The notes below the pieces were generated by a model, which had not been told where the DNA came from, did no database searches, and saw nothing but the letters and a program-made list of their open reading frames with translations. From positions 2,720,001 to 2,784,000 of the forward strand of contig CBDCCI010000002.1 in assembly GCA_965214705.1 (NCBI GenBank): a DNA stretch of 64,000 nucleotides. Direction: 5' to 3'. Shown in pieces: positions 39,940 to 50,526 of this stretch; the stretch's first letter is position 1, and each line of letters begins with the position of its first letter. Both the position numbers and the translations under genes were made by a program. Origin of the DNA: Alphaproteobacteria bacterium. GTDB lineage: Bacteria > Pseudomonadota > Alphaproteobacteria > UBA828.

Positions 39940-40262
39940 CCTAGCGCCTCCTCGGCATCGCTCCGTGCACCGGCCCGACGCACCAGAGCCTGCCAGGTCT
40001 CCGCCCCTGCGGAACCCTCGACGCGCTCTTTCTCGACCTCGTAGAGCACCCTGACCATGCGCTCGATGCGCGCCACCGCGCCCGCGAGATCGCGCCTCAA
40101 GTTCACGTCATCCGGCACCGCAACAGGCGCCGTCAGCCGCTCCATGATGAAGCGCGACACGTCCATTCCCACAGCGTCCGCGTGCTCCTTGAGCGCCTGC
40201 CAGTCGCTGTCCGTGGCCATCACTGCGCGCTGCCGTTTGCGCCCCTGCGCTGCCTCGTTCAT
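39936..40262 (-). CDS. Small RHH/MobC-like protein 1
   Basis: RAVMATDSDWQALKEHADAVGMDVSRFIME; GGAGG RBS. Confidence 0.7.
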   Translation of the reverse strand: MNEAAQGRKRQRAVMATDSDWQALKEHADAVGMDVSRFIMERLTAPVAVPDDVNLRRDLAGAVARIERMVRVLYEVEKERVEGSAGAETWQALVRRAGARSDAEEALG

Positions 40263-40299
40263 GCCGTCCGCCTCCTCCGGTATAACCGCTCCGCCCGCG

Positions 40300-40500
40300 T
40301 CCTGTGTCTCTCCTGTGTTGCTATAAGATGAGCGAATGTCGCGCGAAATACGCTACGACATTCGCGCGACATCCGCCAACGACTCGCCTACAGGCACCAT
40401 AGCTGCCATAGACACTATAAAACATATGTTATGTCTTCTACAGTCAAGCTCACCAGCGGCTTCCGCCAGAGAGCCACCAAACTGCACCCGCGACATTCGA
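40300..40500. promoter_or_regulatory. Candidate oriT / RHH operator region
   Basis: 12-bp IR ATGTCGCGCGAA/TTCGCGCGACAT (40336-40372); three CGACATTCG motifs; minus-strand TAGTGTCT^ATGG resembling the R388 nic site. Confidence 0.45.
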
Positions 40501-40671
40501 ATGAAATACGTTAAGTCCCTGAATACAACTATCGAGCTATCGAGAACTCTGCCTTATGGACCCCGCCTCTCCGCCAAAAGCCCGTTGACGACGCCCCCAA
40601 GGCACTGTACTATAACCATTATCAGGAGGAGATTGCAACGCTGTACAGAACCACAAAATTGCTTGATCTCG

Positions 40672-40755
40672 CTCATGTTTTGTCTCATGTTTTGTCTCAT
40701 GTTTTGTCTCATGTTTTGTCTCATGTTTTGTCTCATGTTTTGTCTCATGTTTTGT
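40672..40755. repeat. Tandem 12-mer CTCATGTTTTGT x7
   Basis: Seven perfect copies ending at the base before the right direct repeat. Confidence 0.95.
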
Positions 40756-40766
40756 CACACCACGAC
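40756..40766 (+). repeat. Right 11-bp direct repeat (attR-like) CACACCACGAC
   Basis: Identical to 2254-2264. Confidence 0.9.
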
Positions 40767-40866
40767 CTGGGACGACGTGCGCGAGACCCTGGAGGCAGTC
40801 GAGCGCTTCGTTCAAGAAGCGCTGTCGAAGAGCGACGCCCTCGACCCGCGGCTGCGGGGCGCGTAA
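40756..40866 (+). pseudogene. Displaced 3' end of decarboxylase copy 1
   Basis: HTTTWDDVRETLEAVERF..* matches the copy 2 tail HTTSWDDVRETLEAVERF. Confidence 0.9.
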
Positions 40867-40869
40867 AGC

Positions 40870-41697
40870 CTATCGGTAGGGCGAAAGCTCGGCCGGTAAC
40901 TCGTAGGACTCCCGCAGCCGGCGGTACTTGCCGGTGGCGACCATGGCGGCGACCGCGTGCTCGACCGCGTGGTGCAGCTTGTCGTTGTCCGCCCTGATGG
41001 CGAAGCCCACCTCGCGCACCGGGCGGAACACGCCGTCGACCAGGCGGTTGCGCGCGTGGGGATCGGCGTCGACCGCCACCGCGCTCACGGTCTGGATGAA
41101 GTAGCCCTGGGCGTGGCCCATGGAGACGGGGAAGTGGGTCCAGCGCTCGTCGGGGAAGGAGTGAACGTGCATGGGCGCGCGGCCCTCGGCCTCGAACTCC
41201 CGGTTGAGGGCGTGGGCGAACTGCTCTCCCGTCGAGCCCGAAGTAACAGAGGTGACCCGGCCGCTCAGGTCGCCCGTCTCGCGGATGCGGAACGGGTTGC
41301 CGCGCAGCACCATCAGGTGATCGCCGACCACCAGATAGGGCACGGTCTTGATGTCCGCCGGCTCCCTCTCCATGGCGAGCGTGTTGGCGACGTCCACCTC
41401 GCCTGCTGCCAGCGCCGCCGCCAGCTTCGCGCGCGGCAGGCGGACGACCTCCAGCACGAGCCCGTGGGCCTCGGCGACCGCCTGCGCCATCTCGACCTCG
41501 AAGCCTCGCACCACACCGTCCCTCTTGTAAGCGAAGGGCTGGCCGGTGAGCGCGATGCCCACGGTCAGCGTGTTCCTGCTGTGCAGCGCCTGGTTCAGAT
41601 CGACGTAGTGCGCCGAGGCCATCGCCGGCGCGGCGACGAGCAAGAGCAGGAACAGTGCGAGTCTGCGGACCCTGCGTGCCATGGCGGTCCCCTTCAT
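40870..41697 (-). CDS. Family 3 ABC substrate-binding protein
   Basis: Signal peptide, LTVG..PFAY..GFEVEMAQAVA..GKYRRL; ATGA overlap with the choV stop. Confidence 0.8.
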   Translation of the reverse strand: MKGTAMARRVRRLALFLLLLVAAPAMASAHYVDLNQALHSRNTLTVGIALTGQPFAYKRDGVVRGFEVEMAQAVAEAHGLVLEVVRLPRAKLAAALAAGEVDVANTLAMEREPADIKTVPYLVVGDHLMVLRGNPFRIRETGDLSGRVTSVTSGSTGEQFAHALNREFEAEGRAPMHVHSFPDERWTHFPVSMGHAQGYFIQTVSAVAVDADPHARNRLVDGVFRPVREVGFAIRADNDKLHHAVEHAVAAMVATGKYRRLRESYELPAELSPYR

Positions 41698-42932
41698 GGT
41701 TCGTGCGGCGGCGGCGCGGCCTCTGACGTGTCCGCCTCCTCGGGCGGCGGGCCGGCGCCGCGGTGCACCAGAGCCGCCAGAAGCTCGGCGGCGCCAATCA
41801 CGCCGACCAACCGCCCGCCGTCGTCGAGCAGTGGCATCGCCCGCCCGGTTTCGTGGCGCACCTCAAGCGCGGTGCGCATGGTCGTCGCGGGGCTGCCGGC
41901 GACGATCGTGCCGTTGCCGAGCGAGGCAAGATCGAGGCCGTCACGGTACGGCACGAGCACGGCCCGCGTGCCTTCGAGGCTGAACGCCTCGGGGCGCCCG
42001 TCCGCGTCCAGCCGGCAGAACATGGCCGATGCCTCGTCAAGCAGGTGAACGTCGTCCTCGCTGCGGAGCTCGGCCAGCGGGCGCATCAACGTGATGCCGC
42101 GCAGGACGTTGAGCGGATTCACGTTGGCGACGAACTGGCGCACGTACTCGTCCGCCGGCTCGGTGACGATCTGCTCCGGCGGCCCGACCTGGATGATGCG
42201 TCCGCCCTCCATGATGGCGATGCGCGTGCCGATCTTGAGCGCCTCGTCGAGGTCGTGGCTCACGAACAGGATGGTGCGGCGCAGCGTCTCCTGCAACGCC
42301 AGCAGCTCGTCCTGCAGGCGTTCGCGGATCAGCGGATCGAGGGCGGAGAAGGGCTCGTCCATGAGCAGGATTTCGGCATCGGTGGCGAAGGCGCGGGCGA
42401 GGCCCACGCGCTGCTGCATGCCGCCGGAAAGCTCGTGCGGGTAGTGGTCGAGCCACGAGCCGAGCCCCACCTGGTCCAGCACCTCCGCCACCCGCTTGCG
42501 GCGCTCGGCCTTGGGCACGCCGCGCACCTCCAGCCCGAAGGCGACGTTGGCGCCGATGGTGCGCCACGGCATCAGCGCGAACTGCTGGAAGACCATGGAG
42601 ACGCGGTCCATGCGCAGCCTGCGCATGAGCTTGGGGTCGCAGTCGGTGACGTCGATCTCGGTGCCGCCGTCGTCGATCAGGACCCGGCCGCGCGTGGCCT
42701 GGTTGAGCCCGTTGACGCAGCGCAGCAGGGTCGACTTGCCGGAGCCCGAGAGCCCCATGAGGACGAATATCTCGCCGGCCTCGACCTGGAGCGAGGCGTC
42801 CTGCACGCCGACCACCTGGCCGGTCTCTTCGAAGATGCGGTCCTTGTCGGCGCCGGCATCGAGCAAGGCAATCGCCTCCTTGACCCGCCGGCCAAAGATG
42901 ACATCGACCCGGTCGAAGGTGATGACGGCCAT
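41694..42932 (-). CDS. choV: Choline ABC transporter ATP-binding protein
   Basis: MGLSGSGKS, LSGGMQQRVGLARA, LMDEPFSALDPLIR, FVANVNPL. Confidence 0.88.
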   Translation of the reverse strand: MAVITFDRVDVIFGRRVKEAIALLDAGADKDRIFEETGQVVGVQDASLQVEAGEIFVLMGLSGSGKSTLLRCVNGLNQATRGRVLIDDGGTEIDVTDCDPKLMRRLRMDRVSMVFQQFALMPWRTIGANVAFGLEVRGVPKAERRKRVAEVLDQVGLGSWLDHYPHELSGGMQQRVGLARAFATDAEILLMDEPFSALDPLIRERLQDELLALQETLRRTILFVSHDLDEALKIGTRIAIMEGGRIIQVGPPEQIVTEPADEYVRQFVANVNPLNVLRGITLMRPLAELRSEDDVHLLDEASAMFCRLDADGRPEAFSLEGTRAVLVPYRDGLDLASLGNGTIVAGSPATTMRTALEVRHETGRAMPLLDDGGRLVGVIGAAELLAALVHRGAGPPPEEADTSEAAPPPHEP

Positions 42933-43807
42933 CAGCGTGCTGCGGTGCCGCGCTTGCCCTTGCGCCTCTCGACCTGCTTCAGGATGCGATCGAGCACGAT
43001 GGCGACGACCACGATGGCCAGTCCGGCCTCGAAGCCCTGGGCGACGTTGACCGTGGTGAGCGCGCGGACCACCGGCACGCCGAGGCCGTCGGCGCCCACC
43101 AGCGCGGCGATCACCACCATCGAGAGCGAGAGCATGATGCACTGGGTCACCCCCTGCATGATGCTCGGCATCGCGTGAGGAAGCTCAACCTTGAGCAGGA
43201 GCTGCGTGTCGCTGGCGCCGAAGGCGCGGCCCGCCTCCAGCAGCGGCCGGGGCGCGCTGGAGATGCCGAGATGGGTGAGACGAATGGGCGCCGGGATGGC
43301 GAAGATCACGGTGGAGATCAGCCCCGGCACCAGGCCCAGCCCGAAGAAGGTGAGCGTTGGGATCAGATAGACGAAGGGCGGGATGGTCTGCATCAGGTCG
43401 AGGATCGGCCGCAGCATCCGGTAGAGCCAGGGCCGGTGCGCCGCGGCGATGCCGATGGGCACGCCCACCAGGATGCAGACGACGGTGGACGCCGAGACCA
43501 GCACCACCGTGAACAGCATCTCGTCCCAGTAGCCGATGTTGAGGACCAGTAGCAGCCCGATGACCACGCCGATCACGAGCACGATGCTGCGATGCAGATA
43601 AAAGGCGACAGCCGCCACGAGGAAGACAAAGACCGGCGGCGGGATCAGACCGAGGAAGTAGGCGAAGGCTTCGAGCACCCAGTCCAGGCCGCCGGAGAAC
43701 GCTCGGAGCTCGTGGAAGAAGTTGTCCTTGATGAACTCGATTGCGTTGGCGACCCACTTGCCGATCGGAATTTTCTCGGTAAGGACTCCGAGATCGTCGG
43801 TGCCCAT
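42932..43807 (-). CDS. choW: Choline ABC transporter permease
   Basis: KIPIG..LDLMQTIPPFVYLIP..TQCIMLSLSMVVIAALVGA. Confidence 0.88.
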   Translation of the reverse strand: MGTDDLGVLTEKIPIGKWVANAIEFIKDNFFHELRAFSGGLDWVLEAFAYFLGLIPPPVFVFLVAAVAFYLHRSIVLVIGVVIGLLLVLNIGYWDEMLFTVVLVSASTVVCILVGVPIGIAAAHRPWLYRMLRPILDLMQTIPPFVYLIPTLTFFGLGLVPGLISTVIFAIPAPIRLTHLGISSAPRPLLEAGRAFGASDTQLLLKVELPHAMPSIMQGVTQCIMLSLSMVVIAALVGADGLGVPVVRALTTVNVAQGFEAGLAIVVVAIVLDRILKQVERRKGKRGTAAR

Positions 43808-43903
43808 GACGCCCCTCCCCGACCGGACGGGACAGGCGGCCGGCGCCTCTCAGCGCCGACCGCCCGCAGACTCGGCCCGCTGGACCGCCCGCGTAATCGG
43901 TCG

Positions 43904-44854
43904 CTACATGCCGAGATGGGCCTTCACGGCAGCCGCGCCATCCTGGCCGTCAAGCGTGGTCACGCCCGTGAGCCACTCGTCGACCAGCTCGGGGTGCATC
44001 TCGACGAGCTTCCGGGCGGCCGCCTGCGGGTCCATCCCGTCGTCGAGCATATAGCCCATCATCTCGTTCTCAAGCGCCAACGAGAAGCGCATGTTCTTCA
44101 GCAGCGCGCCCACGTTGGGGCAGGCCTCTGTGTAGCCGGCGTGGGCCAGCGTGTAGACCGTGGCGCCGCCGAAGTTGGCGCCGAAGTAGTCGTCGCCGCC
44201 GTCGAGATAGCTCATGTCGAAGCGGCGGTTCATGGGATGCGGCTCCCAACCGAGGAAAACGATCCACTCGTCGCTCCTGACTGCGGCCTCCACCTGGGAG
44301 AGCATGCCCTGCTCGCTCGATTCCACGACCTCGAAGCCGCTGAGGCCGAAGGCGTTGTCGTCGATCATGCCCTGGATGATCATGTTGCCGTCGTTGCCGG
44401 GCTCGATGCCGTAGAACTTGCTGTCGAACTTGTCGGCATGGGCGGCGATGTCGCCGAAGGTCTTGACCCCTGCCTCGAAAACATAGGTGGGCACGGCGAG
44501 GGTGTACTTGGCGCCCTCGAGATTGACGCCCACGTTCTCGACGGTGCCGTCGTTGAAGTAGGGGTCGATCATGCTCTGCTGGGTCGGCAGCCAGAGCCCG
44601 AGAAATGCGTCGATATCGCCGTTGGAAAGGCTGGCGAAGGTCACCGGCACCGAAAGCACGGTCGCCTTCGGCTCATAGCCGAGCCCTTCGAGGACGGTGG
44701 TTGCCACGGCGGTGGTCGCCGTGATGCAGCTCCAGCCGACATCCGAGAATTCCACCTCGCTGCAGGTGGCGGCGTCGTCGGCGTAGGCATTGCCCGCCAT
44801 GGCCGCGGCGCCCATGGCGACGGCGGCGATTGCAGATGTCATCCGAATGTGCAT
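43904..44854 (-). CDS. choX: Choline ABC transporter substrate-binding protein
   Basis: FSDVGW..NLEGAKYTLAVP..YGIEPGNDGN..FLGWEPHPMN. Confidence 0.9.
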   Translation of the reverse strand: MHIRMTSAIAAVAMGAAAMAGNAYADDAATCSEVEFSDVGWSCITATTAVATTVLEGLGYEPKATVLSVPVTFASLSNGDIDAFLGLWLPTQQSMIDPYFNDGTVENVGVNLEGAKYTLAVPTYVFEAGVKTFGDIAAHADKFDSKFYGIEPGNDGNMIIQGMIDDNAFGLSGFEVVESSEQGMLSQVEAAVRSDEWIVFLGWEPHPMNRRFDMSYLDGGDDYFGANFGGATVYTLAHAGYTEACPNVGALLKNMRFSLALENEMMGYMLDDGMDPQAAARKLVEMHPELVDEWLTGVTTLDGQDGAAAVKAHLGM

Positions 44855-44904
44855 TGAACCCTCCCTCACGCTCGCTTCGTTCAGGCGACTCTCGCAATCT
44901 TTTG

Positions 44905-44924
44905 TTGATTGGTCAACCAACCAA
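44905..44924. promoter_or_regulatory. Putative BetI operator in the divergent choX/betI promoter
   Basis: Imperfect palindrome TTGATTGG-tcaa-CCAACCAA next to TATAAT. Confidence 0.6.
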
Positions 44925-44953
44925 TATAATGGTCCCGAGTACAGGAGTAGCCG

Positions 44954-45535
44954 ATGCCAAAGACCGGAATGGCGCCCGTGCGCCGACGTGCCTTCGTGGA
45001 GGCCGCGATCAGGAGCATTCACGACCGCGGGTTCGTCGACCTGACCACCGGCGATGTCGCGCGCGAGGCCGGCCTCTCCCAGGGGCTGGTCCATCACTAC
45101 TTCGGCTCCAAGGGCGCGCTCATCATCGCCACCATGCGCCACCTCCTGATCGAGTTCGGCGCCGGCATCAGGGAGCGCCTGCGCGAAGCCAAGACCCCGC
45201 GCGAGCGGCTTTCCGCGATCATGGACGGCAGCTTCTGCGACGAGCAGCTCCAGCCCGAGGTGATCTCCGCCTGGCTCACCTTCTACGTGCAGGCCCTTAC
45301 AGAGCCGGAGGTGCGCCGCTTGCTGCTCATCTACCAACGCCGGCTGATCAGCAACCTGCGTCACGAGTACCGGCAGTTGCCGACGCGGGAGACGGCGGAA
45401 ATCGCCGCCGAATCCACCGCGGCCATGATCGACGGGCTGTGGCTCCGCCGCGTTCTCGGTGACACGGAGCCCCACGGCGAGAGCGCGATGGCAATCATGG
45501 AAGCGCACATCGACAGTCAGCTCGAGTCCTTTTGA
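44954..45535 (+). CDS. betI: Choline-responsive TetR-family repressor
   Basis: MPKTGMAPVRR..HHYFG..WLTFY..YQRRLISNL..IDGLWLR. Confidence 0.92.
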   Translation: MPKTGMAPVRRRAFVEAAIRSIHDRGFVDLTTGDVAREAGLSQGLVHHYFGSKGALIIATMRHLLIEFGAGIRERLREAKTPRERLSAIMDGSFCDEQLQPEVISAWLTFYVQALTEPEVRRLLLIYQRRLISNLRHEYRQLPTRETAEIAAESTAAMIDGLWLRRVLGDTEPHGESAMAIMEAHIDSQLESF

Positions 45536-45537
45536 TG

Positions 45538-45624
45538 TCCCTCAAGCGCCGGGCGCTCACTCCGTTCGCTTGGCTCCGCGCTACGCGCGCGGCGCGGTCG
45601 CGCCGTCCGGGCCTTCGGCCCGGT
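45538..45624 (+). repeat. 87-bp dispersed intergenic repeat, copy 1
   Basis: Near-identical to 55817-55903. Confidence 0.85.
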
Positions 45625-45673
45625 GCTCCTAACCGAGCGGCGGCGGGCGCGTGATCGCGATAACCGCAGCTCG

Positions 45674-47344
45674 ATGACCGCCCGCTTCGACGACGAGTTC
45701 GACTATGTAGTCGTGGGATCGGGGTCCGCCGGCTGTGTGCTCGCCGCGCGGCTCTCCGAAGACGAGCGCAATCGCGTGCTGGTGCTGGAGCACGGCGGGA
45801 CCGACGCCGGCCCGCTTATTCAGATGCCGGCTGCCCTCTCCTACCCCATGAACATGCCCCGCTACGACTGGGGCTTCGTGACCGAGCCCGAGCCGCACCT
45901 CGGCGGGCGGCGGCTTGCGACGCCGCGCGGCAAGGTGATCGGCGGCTCCTCCTCCATCAACGGCATGGTCTACGTGCGCGGCAACGCCTGCGACTTCGAC
46001 ACCTGGGAGGAGCTGGGCGCGGCGGGCTGGGGCTACCGCCACGTGCTGCCCTACTACCGGCGCATGGAACATTCCCATGGCGGGCAGGCCGGCTGGCGCG
46101 GCAGCGACGGCCCCCTCCATGTCACCCGCGGGCCGATGGAGAACCCGCTTTACCGGAGCTTCGTCAAGGCGGGCGAGCAAGCCGGCTACGCCATGACCGC
46201 CGACTACAACGGCGAGCGCCAGGAAGGTTTCGGGGCGATGGAGATGACCGTGTGGCGCGGCCGCCGCTGGTCAGCCGCCAACGCCTATCTCAAGCCCGCG
46301 CTGCAGCGCCGCAACCTGGTGCTCCGGTCGCGGGCCCACGTCCGCCGCGTGGTGATGGAGGACCGGCGCGCGGTCGGCGTCGAGTACGAGACCGGCGGCA
46401 CGGTCCATCGCGTGCGCGCGAACGCCGAGGTCATCCTCGCCGCCTCCTCGATCAACTCGCCGAAGCTGCTCATGCTCTCCGGCATCGGCCCGGCGGAGCA
46501 CCTGCAGGAGCACGGCATCGAGGTCGTGGCCGACCGGCCCGGCGTCGGCGCCAACCTGCAGGACCATCTGGAAATCTACCTGCAAGTGAAGTGCCGGCAG
46601 CCGATCACGCTCTATCGCCACTGGAACCTGTTCTCCAAGGCGGTGATCGGGGCGCGCTGGCTCATGTTCAGGGACGGGCTCGGCGCCACCAATCACTTCG
46701 AATCCTGCGGCTTCATTCGCTCCCGCGCCGGCGTGAGGTACCCGAACATCCAGTACCATTTTCTGCCCTTCGCGGTGCGCTACGACGGCAAGGCCGCCGC
46801 CGAGGGCCACGGCTTCCAAACCCATGTCGGGCCGATGCGCTCGAAGTCTCGTGGCCGGGTGCGGCTCGCGTCGTCCGAGCCCGCGGCGGCGCCCTCGATC
46901 CTCTTCAACTACATGTCCCACGAGGATGACTGGCAGATTTTTCGGGCCTGCATCCGGCTGACCCGGGAAATCCTCTCCCAGCCCGCGCTCGCCGATTACA
47001 CCGGCGAGGAAATCGCGCCAGGCGCGCAGGTGCAGAGCGACGAGGACATCGACGAATTCGTGAAGGGCGCCGTGGAGAGCGCCTACCATCCCTGCGGCAC
47101 CTGCCGCATGGGCGCGGCTAACGATGCCGACGCGGTGGTGGACCCGGCCTGTCGCGTCATCGGCGTGGACGGGCTGCGCGTGGCCGACAGCTCGATCTTC
47201 CCGCACATCACCAACGGCAACCTCAACGCGCCTTCCATCATGGTGGGCGAGAAGGCGTCGGACCACATCCTCGGCCGCGAGCCGCTGCCGCCGGCCAACG
47301 ACGTGCCCTGGGTCCACCCCGACTGGGAGCACCAGCAGCGCTAG
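45674..47344 (+). CDS. betA: Choline dehydrogenase
   Basis: [52 protein letters not shown]. Confidence 0.95.
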   Translation: MTARFDDEFDYVVVGSGSAGCVLAARLSEDERNRVLVLEHGGTDAGPLIQMPAALSYPMNMPRYDWGFVTEPEPHLGGRRLATPRGKVIGGSSSINGMVYVRGNACDFDTWEELGAAGWGYRHVLPYYRRMEHSHGGQAGWRGSDGPLHVTRGPMENPLYRSFVKAGEQAGYAMTADYNGERQEGFGAMEMTVWRGRRWSAANAYLKPALQRRNLVLRSRAHVRRVVMEDRRAVGVEYETGGTVHRVRANAEVILAASSINSPKLLMLSGIGPAEHLQEHGIEVVADRPGVGANLQDHLEIYLQVKCRQPITLYRHWNLFSKAVIGARWLMFRDGLGATNHFESCGFIRSRAGVRYPNIQYHFLPFAVRYDGKAAAEGHGFQTHVGPMRSKSRGRVRLASSEPAAAPSILFNYMSHEDDWQIFRACIRLTREILSQPALADYTGEEIAPGAQVQSDEDIDEFVKGAVESAYHPCGTCRMGAANDADAVVDPACRVIGVDGLRVADSSIFPHITNGNLNAPSIMVGEKASDHILGREPLPPANDVPWVHPDWEHQQR

Positions 47345-47433
47345 GGTCGTGTGCGGTGTTGCCCGCGTCTGCACCCGGTGAGACAGTGGGCTGAAATCGA
47401 TTCGCAACTGACGACAGCGACAAGGAGGGAGCG

Positions 47434-48542
<1,109 letters not shown>

Positions 48543-48543
<1 letters not shown>

Positions 48544-50393
48544 TGGCGCTGGGCAGGGACGCCAACGGGCGCCCCCGCCGCCGGGCGGCGCCCCGGTGGC
48601 TGCTGCCGGCGGCGGCACTGGTCGCGCTGGCGCTGGCGAGCGCGCCGGCCCTGGCGGCGTCCACCCACGGAATCGCGATGCATGGGGCGCCGAAGTACGG
48701 CCCCGACTTCCAGCATCTCGACTATGTCAACCCGCATGCGCCCAAGGGCGGCGAGCTTCGGCGTGCCGTCACGGGCACCTTCGATAGTCTCAATCCGTTC
48801 ATCATCAAGGGCGTGGCAGCGCCGGGGCGGCACCTTACCTTCGAGAGCCTGCTCAAGCGCACCTGGGACGAGCCCTTCTCCCTCTACGGGCTGATCGCTG
48901 AATCGGTGGAGGTGCCGGACGACCGCTCGTCCGTCCTGTTCCGCCTGCGGCCGGAAGCGCACTTCCACGACGGCAGCCCGATCACGGTCGACGACGTGAT
49001 TTTCTCGTGGGAGACGCTGAAGGAGCAGGGCCGCCCCAACCACCGGCTCTACTACAACAAGGTGCGGAAGATCGAACGGCCGGACGAGCGCTCGGTGCAC
49101 TTTTTCTTCGATACCGAGACGCCGGACCGCGAGCTGCCACTGATCCTCGGGCTCATGCCGATCATCTCGAAGGCCTACTATTCGTCGGTCACGTTCGAGG
49201 AGACGACGCTGACGCCGCCGCTCGGCAGCGGTCCCTACAAGATCGAGAGCGTCGATGCCGGCCGCGGCATCGTCTACCGCCGCGATCCCGACTACTGGGG
49301 TCGGAACCTGCCGATCAACCAGGGGCAGCACAACTTCGACCGCATCAGCTACGACTACTACCGCGACGACGAAGTGATGATGGAAGCGTTCCGCGCGGGC
49401 GAGTACGACCTGCGCCTGGAACGCTCGGCGACTCGGTGGGCGACCGGCTACGATTTCCCGGCGGTGGAAGACGGCCGGGTCACCATCGAGCAGCTGCCGC
49501 ACGGACGTCCTTCCGGCATGTTCGCGCTGGTCTTCAACACGCGGCGGCCGATGTTCGAGGATCGCGCGGTGCGCTACGCGCTCTCGCTCGCCTTCGATTT
49601 CGAGTGGGTGAACCGGGCGCTGCTGCAGGGCGCCTACGTGCGCACCAACAGCATCTTCGACAACTCGGAGCTTGGCTCGCGCGGCCTGCCGGAAGGCGGC
49701 GAGCTGGCCCTGCTGGAGCCCCATCGCGATCGGCTCTGGCCCGAGGTGTTCGATACCGCCTATCACGCACCCGAGGTGGAGGGCGGCCTGCGCAAGAATC
49801 TCGGGACAGCCAGGCGCCTGCTCGCCAAGGCGGGATGGGAGGTGCAGGACGGGACGCTCCGGCGGGCGGCGGATGGCCTTCCGCTCGCGTTCGAGATCCT
49901 GTTGGTGAATCCGGGGAACGAGAAAATCGGGCTCGCCTACGCGCGCAATCTCGAGCGGCTCGGCGTCGAGGCCAAGGTGCGCACGGTGGACACGGCGCAG
50001 TACCAATACCGGCGCAACGTCTACGACTTCGACATGATCATCTATCGCTGGGGCATGTCGCTCTCGCCGGGCAACGAGCAGGCGTTCTACTGGGGCGCCG
50101 AGGCCGCGGACCAGGAGGGCACACGCAACTATCCGGGGATCAGGGACCCGGTCGTCGACGACCTTATCGCCCGCATGACCCAGGCGCGGGAGCGCGAGGA
50201 CTTCGTCGACACCATCCGCGCCATGGACCGGGTGATTCTGTGGGGGCACTACCTCCTCCCCCTCTATCACCTGAACGACGACCGCTACGCCTATTGGAGC
50301 AAGTTCGGCCGGCCCGATGTGATACCGGTCTATGGCACCGTTCTCGATGCGTGGTGGGAGGAGCCCGGCAAGGCCGAAACGCTCGACCGCTGA
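48543..50393 (+). CDS. Family 5 ABC substrate-binding protein (YejA-like)
   Basis: HGIAMHGAPKY..YVNPHAPKGG..GTFDSLNPF..PLGSGPY..SPGNEQ. Confidence 0.88.
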
Positions 50394-50526
50394 CGAGCGG
50401 GCCCCCCTCCTCCGCCGTCTCTTATGCCGCATCAGATCGCGGCTCGGCGCGGTTGATGCGCCCGGCCGCTGGCCCTACGTTGTGGCGCCACGACACATCA
50501 ATCCACGGACCAAAGGGAGATCGTCG

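Larger units (their letters stand above)
2254..40766. mobile_element. ~38.5 kb integrative mobilizable element / genomic island
   Basis: 11-bp direct repeat at both ends, a split host gene that rejoins in frame, tyrosine recombinases at the left end and a MOBF relaxase at the right end. Confidence 0.85.

Noticed and set aside
35863-40262. Self-transmissible ICE or integrated plasmid
   Set aside because: No VirB4, coupling protein, pilus genes or replication initiator seen in the element.
40672-40755. CRISPR array
   Set aside because: Units are contiguous 12-mers with no spacers, and no cas genes are present.
40336-40866. 176-aa ORF with LMFC repeats as a real protein
   Set aside because: It is a chance read-through of non-coding element end, tandem array and the displaced decarboxylase tail.
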